This document shows, in pieces, positions 50,021-58,917 of a stretch of 64,000 nucleotides of DNA. The notes under the pieces are model-generated. The model ran no database searches and had not been told where the DNA came from. It was given only the letters and a program-made list of their open reading frames with translations. This DNA comes from Planctomycetota bacterium (GTDB taxonomy: Bacteria > Planctomycetota > GCA-002687715 > DRQF01), in the NCBI GenBank assembly GCA_036479435.1, contig JAZGFI010000243.1:32001-96000 (forward strand). Direction: 5' to 3'. Numbering within the stretch: the first letter of the stretch is position 1; each line of letters opens with the position of its first letter. A program made the translations under genes and the position numbers.

Positions 50021-51940
50021 ATGCGCGCTTGCCTATTGCTTTTTTTTCTTGCCTTCGCGGCCAGCTCTGTCCTCTGTCAGGGACCGACTTCGCCGTTCGA
50101 ACCCTTCGCGATCCCCGCATCGCCACGCTGGCGTAGCGCGATCGAAAACGGCACGCGACTTGCCGACGGAAACCCCGGGCCCGAGTACTGGAGCAACCGC
50201 GCCCACTATGAGTTGAAAGTCCGCTTGGATCCCGAGACCGCAACCGTCAGCGGTGAAGCCCGGCTCAGCTACACCAACGGCTCTCCAAAGTCCTTGAAGC
50301 AACTCGTGGTGCACCTACGGCAGAACCTCCACCGGGCCGGTATTCGCCGCACTCGCGTGGTCGAAACGAATAAGGGTGTCACGCTCGGTGCGATCAAGCT
50401 CGAGGGCAAAGAGCTGACAAAGGGCTTTCGCAAGGGCTATTCGCTCCGCGGCAGCGTCATGCGTGTGCGCCTGCCCAAGCCTTTGGCGCCGGGAAAAACG
50501 ACGATTCTTGATATCGAATGGAGCTACCAAGTTCCGACCGCGGGCAAGGCTCCGCGCAACGGCCACGAGGACCATCACGTTTTTTACCTCGGCTACTGGT
50601 ATCCCCAATTTGCGGTTTGTGACGACGTCGAGGGTTGGGTTGCAGACCAGTACCTCGGTAACGGCGAGTTCTACATGGACTATGCAGACTATGACATCGA
50701 ATTCACGGTGCCCCGCCGCTTTATGGTCCAATCCACCGGCACGCTTGAGAATCCCTCAGAAGTTCTCACCAAGTCCGCACGGCGAGCCTTGAAGCGCGCC
50801 GCGAGCCAAGACGAGGTGGTCTCCATCATCGGCCCCGATCGTGAAGCCGAAGACGCGCTTAGAAAGGGAGACGCTCAGGGTCTGCTGACCTGGAAGTTCA
50901 AAGCCTCCAAGGTTCGCGACGTCGCGGTTTCCATTTCCGACCGCTACCACTGGGACGCTACCCGCGCCCTTGTGAAGGACCGAGATGGCCCGGGCCGTGA
51001 CGCTTACTGTGCCATTCATGCGCTTTACGAGCCGAAGGTTAAAGCCTGGCGGCGCGCGGCAGAGTACGCACGTTTCACCATCGAGTGGATGTCCAAAAAC
51101 GTCCATCCCTACCCCTGGCCGCACATGACCGCCTGCGAGGGGATTATTGGGGGCGGCATGGAATACCCGATGATGACCGTCGTCGGCTCAAGGTCGGAAC
51201 GCGGCACGCGGGGAACCATCTCACACGAACTCGTGCATATGTGGTTCCCGATGCTCATCGGCCAAAACGAAAAACGCTACGCCTGGATGGACGAAGGTAT
51301 GACCACCTTTTTCTCCGGCCGCATCGTTCGTGACTTCACAAAGAACCGGGCGAAACGTCTGCCGACCCGAGGCTACACCCGCCGCGGCGGGAGCGCCTTC
51401 GAAGAGCCCTGCATGCGGCACTCCGATCAATTCAACATGTCATCGGGAGCTTTCAGCTTCGCCGCCTACACCAAGCCGGCTGCCGTTTTTCATCAACTGC
51501 GCGAAATGGTGGGCCACGAAGCATTCGATGCCGCAATCCGCGACTACGCCCAGCGCTGGGCCTACAAGCACCCCTACCCCGAGGACTTTTTCGCCTCGAT
51601 GTCGAACAGCTTAGATCGCGACCTCGCCTGGTATTTTCGCACCTGGATGTACGAAACCTGGACCATGGACGTGGCCCCGGTTTCCATCAAAATTCTCTCG
51701 CGCCAAAAGTCCGAAGTTGTCATCCAAAACTTTGGGGCCGCCGTCGGCCCCACGGTTGTCGAAGTGACCTTGAGTTCCGGCGAGAAACTCCGCCAGACCA
51801 TCTCCGAACAATGGTGGTTAGCCGGCCACAAAACCAAGATCCTAAAGTTCGCCGGCAAGGTCAGCGAAGTCCAAACCGACCCCGACCTCACTACGCTTGA
51901 CATCAACCGCAAGAACAACAAAATCACGATCGAAAAGTAA
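50021..51940 (+). CDS. Secreted M1-family metallopeptidase
   Basis: Signal peptide; GGMEYP; HELVH...WMDEG; AYTKP. Confidence 0.9.
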   Translation: MRACLLLFFLAFAASSVLCQGPTSPFEPFAIPASPRWRSAIENGTRLADGNPGPEYWSNRAHYELKVRLDPETATVSGEARLSYTNGSPKSLKQLVVHLRQNLHRAGIRRTRVVETNKGVTLGAIKLEGKELTKGFRKGYSLRGSVMRVRLPKPLAPGKTTILDIEWSYQVPTAGKAPRNGHEDHHVFYLGYWYPQFAVCDDVEGWVADQYLGNGEFYMDYADYDIEFTVPRRFMVQSTGTLENPSEVLTKSARRALKRAASQDEVVSIIGPDREAEDALRKGDAQGLLTWKFKASKVRDVAVSISDRYHWDATRALVKDRDGPGRDAYCAIHALYEPKVKAWRRAAEYARFTIEWMSKNVHPYPWPHMTACEGIIGGGMEYPMMTVVGSRSERGTRGTISHELVHMWFPMLIGQNEKRYAWMDEGMTTFFSGRIVRDFTKNRAKRLPTRGYTRRGGSAFEEPCMRHSDQFNMSSGAFSFAAYTKPAAVFHQLREMVGHEAFDAAIRDYAQRWAYKHPYPEDFFASMSNSLDRDLAWYFRTWMYETWTMDVAPVSIKILSRQKSEVVIQNFGAAVGPTVVEVTLSSGEKLRQTISEQWWLAGHKTKILKFAGKVSEVQTDPDLTTLDINRKNNKITIEK

Positions 51941-52022
51941 CCACAAACCCACCATGCGGTCTCAGTCTTAACTCTCACGCTTCACTGTGTCAGTCGTATT
52001 TTTCCCACTTAATCGCGGGAGT

Positions 52023-52958
52023 CTAGCGAAGGGACTGAGGCCACCAGCTCTCGTCGCCGGCGTCGTGCCTTTCCCAGTAGGCGATGCGCTCTGACTTGGC
52101 CAGTCGATAGTTCGTGCCGTCGGCGAGGGTCATTTCGATCAGACGGTGTGGCGCCTTGATCTCAAAACTAAAGCGGTCCGGGTTGTCTTTGCCGAGCGTC
52201 AATTCGACGATGCGAAAGCGGCCGGCGGGGACGACGACATCTTTCGGTTGGCTGCGTTGCATCGACAGGGTCAGGGGTTCGGCCGGCAGAAATCTTCCGT
52301 GTAGAGTCGAGGGAAAAACCTTGATCGACTCCGGCAGGACGCCCTTTACATAGTCGCGCAGGAACAAAGCGAGCCCGTCTTCGGGAATCGCGGCGGCAGG
52401 CCAGGGCATTCTGCGTTCAGCTTGTCCATCGAAGTATGAGCGAAGCTCAAGGAGCCCTTTAGTCATGTGGGCGGTAGACAGGCCACAGCCTTCCGCACTG
52501 GCAGTTGAGAGTTTTTGGAGTTGCCCTTGTTGGCGGCGCATGAAGACGCTGGCCACTTGCTCGTAGCGATAAATCCCGGTCTGAACCGAACGTTGATGGT
52601 TGAGCTTGATCACATCGAACTTGGCGTCGGACTCGCGATCAGCTTTGACCTCAAGATCGGGACGCCAAGGCTCTTTGACGGCGACGAGGAGCACCCGGCC
52701 CTGATTCAGTCGGCCGTAGCGGTACCACTTGGCTTCATAGGCCGAGTACTCGGCGAGGCCATCGTCCCACAAGGCATCGTGGCGCCAAGAGGCATCCGGT
52801 ACCCCCGCCGGCCGTAAGGCCTCCCAGGCGGTCCCGGGCGAGGCCTGGGCCGCCGGGTTCAGCGGACTCGAAATCCTTGGCCACATCCAAACGCCAATGG
52901 CGAGCAGGGGAAAAACGATGAAGAGAGAACGGGTGAAATTCGCCGAACGAAGTCGCAT
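52023..52958 (-). CDS. Hypothetical membrane-anchored/secreted protein
   Basis: N-terminal TM; WDDGLAE...KLN...TGIYRY; GGAGG RBS. Confidence 0.7.
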   Translation of the reverse strand: MRLRSANFTRSLFIVFPLLAIGVWMWPRISSPLNPAAQASPGTAWEALRPAGVPDASWRHDALWDDGLAEYSAYEAKWYRYGRLNQGRVLLVAVKEPWRPDLEVKADRESDAKFDVIKLNHQRSVQTGIYRYEQVASVFMRRQQGQLQKLSTASAEGCGLSTAHMTKGLLELRSYFDGQAERRMPWPAAAIPEDGLALFLRDYVKGVLPESIKVFPSTLHGRFLPAEPLTLSMQRSQPKDVVVPAGRFRIVELTLGKDNPDRFSFEIKAPHRLIEMTLADGTNYRLAKSERIAYWERHDAGDESWWPQSLR

Positions 52959-53047
52959 GGCTGCCTCCTATCCGAAAGCATGCCATGCCCAAGCCACCGG
53001 CACCAATCTCGGACGCAACGCTTAGGGCCTTGCCGCTGCTCCTGAAG

Positions 53048-54463
53048 TCAGACCAAGATCATCTCGCAGGCTTGCCGCTGCTCGACGATGTCGAGCGCCG
53101 CCACTCGATAGCCTTCGGCTAAGGTCGGAAAATTGAAGACGTTTTGCACAAAGGTATCGACCTCGACGCCGGCAAGAATTGCCATCTGGCCCATGTGGAT
53201 GAGTTCAGTAGCGCCCTCGCCAATAACCTCGACCCCGAGCAACTTGCGACCATAGCGGTCGGCGATGAGTTTCAACATGCCGTCCAAGTTGCCAGCGATC
53301 TGCCCGCGGGCCAAATCGGCGAAATGGGCCCGACCCGTCATGACCGCCCCGTCGCGTTCGACGACGGCCGTCTCGCTGAGCCCGACCGTGGCGACCTCTG
53401 GGATCGCATAGATACCTACTGGGATCGGCGCCGTGGAAGTGGCTTCCTCGTGTCCGAGGGCTCCCAGGACCGCGCGGCGGCCCTGATCCATCGCCGAGGC
53501 GGCCAAGGACGGTGGCCCAATGACATCTCCAATGGCGTAGATGTTCGGGACGTTGGTCTGAAAAGCGTCGTTGACCTCAATGAGGCCTCGCGCTGTCATG
53601 GCGACACCAACTCCGCTCAGACCCATTCCGACCAGATGCGCGACGCGCCCCAAAGAGAAAAGAGCTTTTTCACTCTCGATGACGGTTCCGTCATCCAATG
53701 TCGTTTTGATGTGCGCGAAGTCATCGACGATGACTTCTTTGGCCTGGCGGCCAGCGTGGAAGCGGCCACCGCTCGCCTCATAAGAGCTGAGAAACCTCTG
53801 ACTCAGTTCCGGGTCCAAAAACCCCAAGGGCAAAGAGCCCCGGTCGACCATGTCAATCTGAACGCCAAGGTGCGCGAAGATCGTCGCGTACTCGCAAGCG
53901 ATAACGCCCGCCCCTAAGACGACCATCGACTTCGGTAAGTACTGGAGCGACAGCACCGAATCACTGTCGACGATGTTCTCATGATCGACCAAGATGTCGC
54001 TGGGGCGACGAGGTCTCGATCCCGCGGCAACGACGATCTTACCGGCCTGGAAACTCCGCGCTTTGCCGCCAGCAGGCGACACTTCGACGACCTCGGCCGA
54101 GACCAAACGCGCTTCCCCGGCCAAAAACTCTACGCCCGCGTTATCCACTTGTTCCTTCACGGTCCTTTCGTGGGCAACAACGACGTCGCGCACGCGGTGC
54201 ATCAGCGATGCCAGTGGAATCTCCTCGACCGGCTTGACGCGAAACAGCTCGGCCGTGGAGCGCTTGGCTCGAAAAGCGGCACTCGCGGCTTCCTGCAGGG
54301 CCTTGCTCGGAATCGTTCCGTGGCGAACGCACTCGCCCCCGGGGCATCCCGCCTTGTCGACGAGTAGGACCGATTTTCCGTGACGTGCAGCTTGGATAGC
54401 TGCGGCCTGTCCGGCGGGGCCACCGCCGATCACGATGAAGTCGTAGCGTTCGTGATCGGCCAT
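53048..54463 (-). CDS. sthA: Soluble pyridine nucleotide transhydrogenase
   Basis: GGGPAG, GGECVRHGTIPSK (single Cys), GAGVIACEYA, VFNFPTLAE. Confidence 0.9.
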   Translation of the reverse strand: MADHERYDFIVIGGGPAGQAAAIQAARHGKSVLLVDKAGCPGGECVRHGTIPSKALQEAASAAFRAKRSTAELFRVKPVEEIPLASLMHRVRDVVVAHERTVKEQVDNAGVEFLAGEARLVSAEVVEVSPAGGKARSFQAGKIVVAAGSRPRRPSDILVDHENIVDSDSVLSLQYLPKSMVVLGAGVIACEYATIFAHLGVQIDMVDRGSLPLGFLDPELSQRFLSSYEASGGRFHAGRQAKEVIVDDFAHIKTTLDDGTVIESEKALFSLGRVAHLVGMGLSGVGVAMTARGLIEVNDAFQTNVPNIYAIGDVIGPPSLAASAMDQGRRAVLGALGHEEATSTAPIPVGIYAIPEVATVGLSETAVVERDGAVMTGRAHFADLARGQIAGNLDGMLKLIADRYGRKLLGVEVIGEGATELIHMGQMAILAGVEVDTFVQNVFNFPTLAEGYRVAALDIVEQRQACEMILV

Positions 54464-55296
54464 TACATCGTCTCCAATAGATTGAGAACGGAGTCTCGGG
54501 CACCTATGATTTGTTCAACATCGGTTTCGTAAAGCAGGAGCGCCGCAAGTTCATCGTGCTCGAAGGCCACTTCGCGCAAGGTCTCTTCGCAGGACACAAC
54601 ATCCGCGAGATCTTGGGCGAAATGAACCGTCCTCGCCAAATTCTCGGCGCTACACGCCAGCTCGGGTTGGTGGTGAAAACGCGCGACTAGCCCCAGGTCT
54701 TCCGCCATGTTCCATTCACGCAGCAAGACTTCGCCAAAGTCGCAATGCAAGTCGTCGATAATGCCGTCGACCTCTGCCTCATCGACACGCAAAAAATTAC
54801 TGCCGTAGAGGTCACTCAGAGTTTGACATATGACGGCGGTCCCGACGTCGTGGAGAAGGCCGGCAAAAAAGGCCTCTTCAACATTCTCACGCCGGACACG
54901 GGCAATTTCCTGAGCGAACCCGGCGGTTGCAAGGCAATGTCGAAATAAGGCCGACAGGCGATCTTCGAAGCCCACGGCGTCAAAAACTCTGGACTTGCAA
55001 GCAACCGTGATCGCAAGGCGCCGAACCTTGGCCATTCCCAAACGGCTAACCGCCATTTGGAGCGAGGCGATGGGCACCATGGGAGCGTCCAAAGCCGAAT
55101 TGACCCGACGCATGACCTGAGCGGCAAGAGACTGGTCGTGGCGAATGAGGTCGGCAAGCTCCGACGCTACGCAATTCGGGTCGGCGCTCATCTTCATGAC
55201 TGCGGCCGCGGTTTCTGGGATCAGTGGAAGCTCAATGTCGCGTTGATTAAGACGCTTTTCAAGTTCGCTACGCAGAGTATCCAGCGCCGTCGCCAT
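54463..55296 (-). CDS. HDOD-domain protein
   Basis: LPLIPE, DQSLAAQV..VNS, AVSRLG, AGLLHDVG. Confidence 0.88.
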   Translation of the reverse strand: MATALDTLRSELEKRLNQRDIELPLIPETAAAVMKMSADPNCVASELADLIRHDQSLAAQVMRRVNSALDAPMVPIASLQMAVSRLGMAKVRRLAITVACKSRVFDAVGFEDRLSALFRHCLATAGFAQEIARVRRENVEEAFFAGLLHDVGTAVICQTLSDLYGSNFLRVDEAEVDGIIDDLHCDFGEVLLREWNMAEDLGLVARFHHQPELACSAENLARTVHFAQDLADVVSCEETLREVAFEHDELAALLLYETDVEQIIGARDSVLNLLETM

Positions 55297-55371
55297 GGCA
55301 TTTCCCCTCAAACCGAATTCCGAAATAACTATCGGATTCAAAGGGAGTTCGGCTGATGAGGTCTCTTGAAT

Positions 55372-57012
55372 TTACTGCGAGAAGAGCAACTGAAGACCGT
55401 TGGAAGTCTCGATGTTCAAAGAAGTTTCGAAAACCTGCAAATAAAGCGAAATTCCGTGGAGGGAAGCCACATTAAGGTTCACCGGGACGCGAAACTCACC
55501 CTGCTGGTCATAAGTGATGTTGTCAAGCACCAGGGTAAGGCTGGCCGCGGGGTCCACGAGCAGCGGAACGCCGGCGAACGAGGTTTGAGCCGAAGCCAAA
55601 CCCACGAGTATCACTCCGGAGGCGAAGGGGTCCGCCCCACTTGCCCGGATTTCGCCTCCAGAGAACCCGTCGAAAAAGGCATCCCAAGAGAGTTCGAGAT
55701 CGCCCTGAACTCCGGTCGACGTGCCGTATTGTTGTGCTCCCATGACCGAGAACACTCGAATCATGCCCGCGGTACCGAGACCGCCGATGGCGGAACTGAA
55801 CAACCCACCCGAGACGATGTCATCGAGGCCATCGCCGTTGACGTCGCCAGCACCGTCCACCGCATAGGCGTAGAAGTCTCCAGCGAGATCGCCGATCTCC
55901 TCGAACAATCGCGAGCCGTCTTTTCCCGAATAGACCTGCAAGATGCCGGTCCCGATTCCGAGGGGAAAAGTAAGCCCCCCGAGAACGATGTCGTCAAAAC
56001 CATCGCCATTAACATCCCCAGCGTCGGCGATGGCGGATCCAATGTGATCCTGGGCAAGATCCCCGGTCCACATGTAGAGCAAAGCACCGGTCGCCCCTGA
56101 TCTCGCGTAGGCACGCCCCACGTTAGGCGCCCCGGTGTCGTTCTGCATCGCGCCGATCAAGATGTCTGGGGTGCCGTCGTTGTCAACGTCGCCGCCGCCG
56201 CCCAGAGCGACACCCAGTTGGTCACCGCCAACTTCACCGTCAAAGGTGTAAATCGTGGTTTGTGTCGCCGGCGAACGTACGTAGGCCCGACCGTTGTTCG
56301 AAAACCCTAAGGAGTTGTGCCAGCGCGCGCCGATCACAATGTCCGATTTAAAATCCCCATCGATGTCACCAAGGGATGCCAAAGCCGAACCGAAAAGATC
56401 GTCGAAAGCCTCGCCTTCGGCCGAGTCAAACAAGCTGCCGTTCGGTCCGAGGAAAACGTAGATCTTGCCCGTGTCAATGTCACCAGAGGGTCGATCCCAA
56501 AACGGCGCTCCCACGACGAGGTCGTCGAAGCCGTCGTCGTTGACATCGCCAGCACCTTCGACTGAGTAACCAAATCGGTCGCCGATGCTCTCTGCATTGA
56601 GCGACATGATTAACGAACCAGTAGCCCCCGCATAAATATCGACGCGCCCGCCGTTCGGGCAAGTGGGAGCTGCCACCGCCCAGTCTGGGGTTCCGTCGCC
56701 ATCGAAATCGCCGATCGCCGCCACAGAGAAGCCGAGCTGCTCCCCGGCCGTTTGACCGAGGCCAGAGTGTAGGAGCGAAGTATCCACGCCCGAAAACACG
56801 CCAAAGCCCCCCGTGTTTTGGAACAAAAACGGCGAGCCCGCGACAAAGTCCGGGACTCCATCGTTATCGACATCTCCCAAGGAGCGCACGGAGTATCCAA
56901 AACCAGACAGGGCCGTCGGTCCACCGACTTCCGAGATCACCGGATACTGGGTTTGGGACCAAACACTGATGGCAAGAAACGATGCCGCCATGGCAAATAA
57001 GATGGTACGCAT
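55372..57012 (-). CDS. Secreted FG-GAP/integrin-alpha beta-propeller protein with C-terminal shared module
   Basis: Seven FG...GDxDxDGxxDxxxGA-type repeats; signal peptide. Confidence 0.88.
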   Translation of the reverse strand: MRTILFAMAASFLAISVWSQTQYPVISEVGGPTALSGFGYSVRSLGDVDNDGVPDFVAGSPFLFQNTGGFGVFSGVDTSLLHSGLGQTAGEQLGFSVAAIGDFDGDGTPDWAVAAPTCPNGGRVDIYAGATGSLIMSLNAESIGDRFGYSVEGAGDVNDDGFDDLVVGAPFWDRPSGDIDTGKIYVFLGPNGSLFDSAEGEAFDDLFGSALASLGDIDGDFKSDIVIGARWHNSLGFSNNGRAYVRSPATQTTIYTFDGEVGGDQLGVALGGGGDVDNDGTPDILIGAMQNDTGAPNVGRAYARSGATGALLYMWTGDLAQDHIGSAIADAGDVNGDGFDDIVLGGLTFPLGIGTGILQVYSGKDGSRLFEEIGDLAGDFYAYAVDGAGDVNGDGLDDIVSGGLFSSAIGGLGTAGMIRVFSVMGAQQYGTSTGVQGDLELSWDAFFDGFSGGEIRASGADPFASGVILVGLASAQTSFAGVPLLVDPAASLTLVLDNITYDQQGEFRVPVNLNVASLHGISLYLQVFETSLNIETSNGLQLLFSQ

Positions 57013-57233
57013 GAAATGCTCCGTAGACTCATCCCAGGGAGCATAGAAAGGCAACCTTCCAAACTTCCATAGATTCGGTTTCAGTGGAAGTTTTTGCCGC
57101 ATCTTGATGCAACCAAGCAGCATTCTTTTGGGGCTATTTCGGCCGAAAACGCCGACCAGCCGCCTTGGGTCGGGCCTAGTCGTGAATCCTCTGATATCTT
57201 GCTCAACCGCAGTCAGCAAAAAATACCGGGGAA

Positions 57234-58439
57234 TTACCCTAGCCTTCGGGACGGCAGCAAGCGCTTCGCCAGACTCTCAAGCAGCACGGCACCCGCTGGC
57301 GCCGTCGTCAGAATCGCCAGCACGGCAAGAATTAGTAAAGACTGGGCTGCAGAATCTTCGCTTTCGCCGAGCCCGCTGAGCCGTTGGTGGATGACCACGC
57401 CGAACACCGCCTGGATGGTCGCCTTGGGAACGTGAGCCAACGTGACGTAAAGGCGCTCATCACGGCTAAGACTCGTCTTTTTTTGCAGCCACCAAGCCGT
57501 CGCCAAGCGCAGCGTCAAGGCCGCTACGAGGATGCCTATCAAACACAAGATGAGGGTCCATTCTCCCAACACGCTCAAGTCGATCACCGCCCCAAGATTG
57601 ACGAAGAGGAGGATCTCCGCGACCTTCCAGAGGTGAGAAAGCTCACGCCGAACTTTGACGGCGCTGGGCCCGATCTTCGATCCGAGTAAGGCCGCCATAA
57701 TGACGGTGGCGAAAACAGCTTCGAGCCCAAAGTGCTTGTTCCCGAAGTAAACCGCGACTCCAATCGCCAAGGCGATGAGGGCCCGAAGACGAATCTTGAT
57801 GGGCGTTTCTTTGGCCCCCGAGGCAAAACGCTTCCGCGGCAGCCAGCCGGCCAGAGCGCCGATCAAAAGCCCGAGGGGGAATAGCCAAAGGTTGAGGCGG
57901 CCACCTTCGGGATCCAGCCAGCCTAAGAGGAGCAATATTCCTGTCTGCGCGATGAGGGCGTTGACCAGGGTTTGACCGATGATGCGGTCCGGCACTCGAT
58001 TTTGCTCTCCGAGCCCCTCGTCGCGGAGGTTGAGCATCGTCGGCAACACCACGGCTGGAGAGACGGCGGCCACCAAAAAACCCGCCAACAAGGCGTAACT
58101 CCAATTGTCAACGATCAGCCAGCGAACACCGACCGCAGCTACGCTGAACTCCGCCGCCACTGGCAACGCCCCGAGCAACAGGGCCGGGCCCAAAATCCGT
58201 CTCATGATCTCCGTTGAAAGACCGAGACCCGCGCGCACCAACAACACGACAAAAGCGCCGGACGAAAGGTAGGGTGCGACGTCTTGCCACGATGCCGGTA
58301 GCCATGCGGCGGCGACGGCTCCTAAGGTCATGAGGGAAACCGCAGGAGGCACTTTGAATCGGCGCGCGACCGCGCGGAGGGGGAATCCAATCAGAACGAG
58401 GATTCCGAAGGTCAAGACGAGTTCAAAAAGCGATGACAA
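57234..58439 (-). CDS. Cation:proton antiporter family protein (NHA2/SLC9B-like)
   Basis: RAGLGL, AAVSPAVVLP, LFVNLG, PKATIQA. Confidence 0.82.
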   Translation of the reverse strand: MSSLFELVLTFGILVLIGFPLRAVARRFKVPPAVSLMTLGAVAAAWLPASWQDVAPYLSSGAFVVLLVRAGLGLSTEIMRRILGPALLLGALPVAAEFSVAAVGVRWLIVDNWSYALLAGFLVAAVSPAVVLPTMLNLRDEGLGEQNRVPDRIIGQTLVNALIAQTGILLLLGWLDPEGGRLNLWLFPLGLLIGALAGWLPRKRFASGAKETPIKIRLRALIALAIGVAVYFGNKHFGLEAVFATVIMAALLGSKIGPSAVKVRRELSHLWKVAEILLFVNLGAVIDLSVLGEWTLILCLIGILVAALTLRLATAWWLQKKTSLSRDERLYVTLAHVPKATIQAVFGVVIHQRLSGLGESEDSAAQSLLILAVLAILTTAPAGAVLLESLAKRLLPSRRLG

Positions 58440-58917
58440 ATGGTGCTCCCCACACTCCTGGCCCTTGCGGCGTATCGGGTTAAATCCCTTTGTAGCTGGA
58501 GTTAGCTTGGGTCCTGATGACCTCGCATGCCCTCCAAACGCGGCTCACACGATCGTTTTCGCGGCTGAGCCCAATAACAAGATTTGTGGATTTTATGCCG
58601 AACTCTACTGCCCACGGCCCTCGATCCCTATACTCACTTTCGATCATCCACGTTTTGGCTGCTGCCCCTCGCAGTGGCGATACGAGCCGACTTCCAAAAC
58701 GCGCCTCTAGAGGCTTTGGCCCTGCCGCCGTTTCGTCCCCACAGAGATTCGGGGGCGAGCGCCAAAGCTGAACCGCTTCGGCCACATGAAAGTCAGCAAG
58801 TCAAGTTAAGTTAAGTCAAAATCAACGATGGCTGGTAACAGCCCTCAACCACTTGGCACGCGGAATCGAGGATGGCTCCTCCCCCGCTTGTCGATCCCAG
58901 TTTTCAAGGAAGAGATT

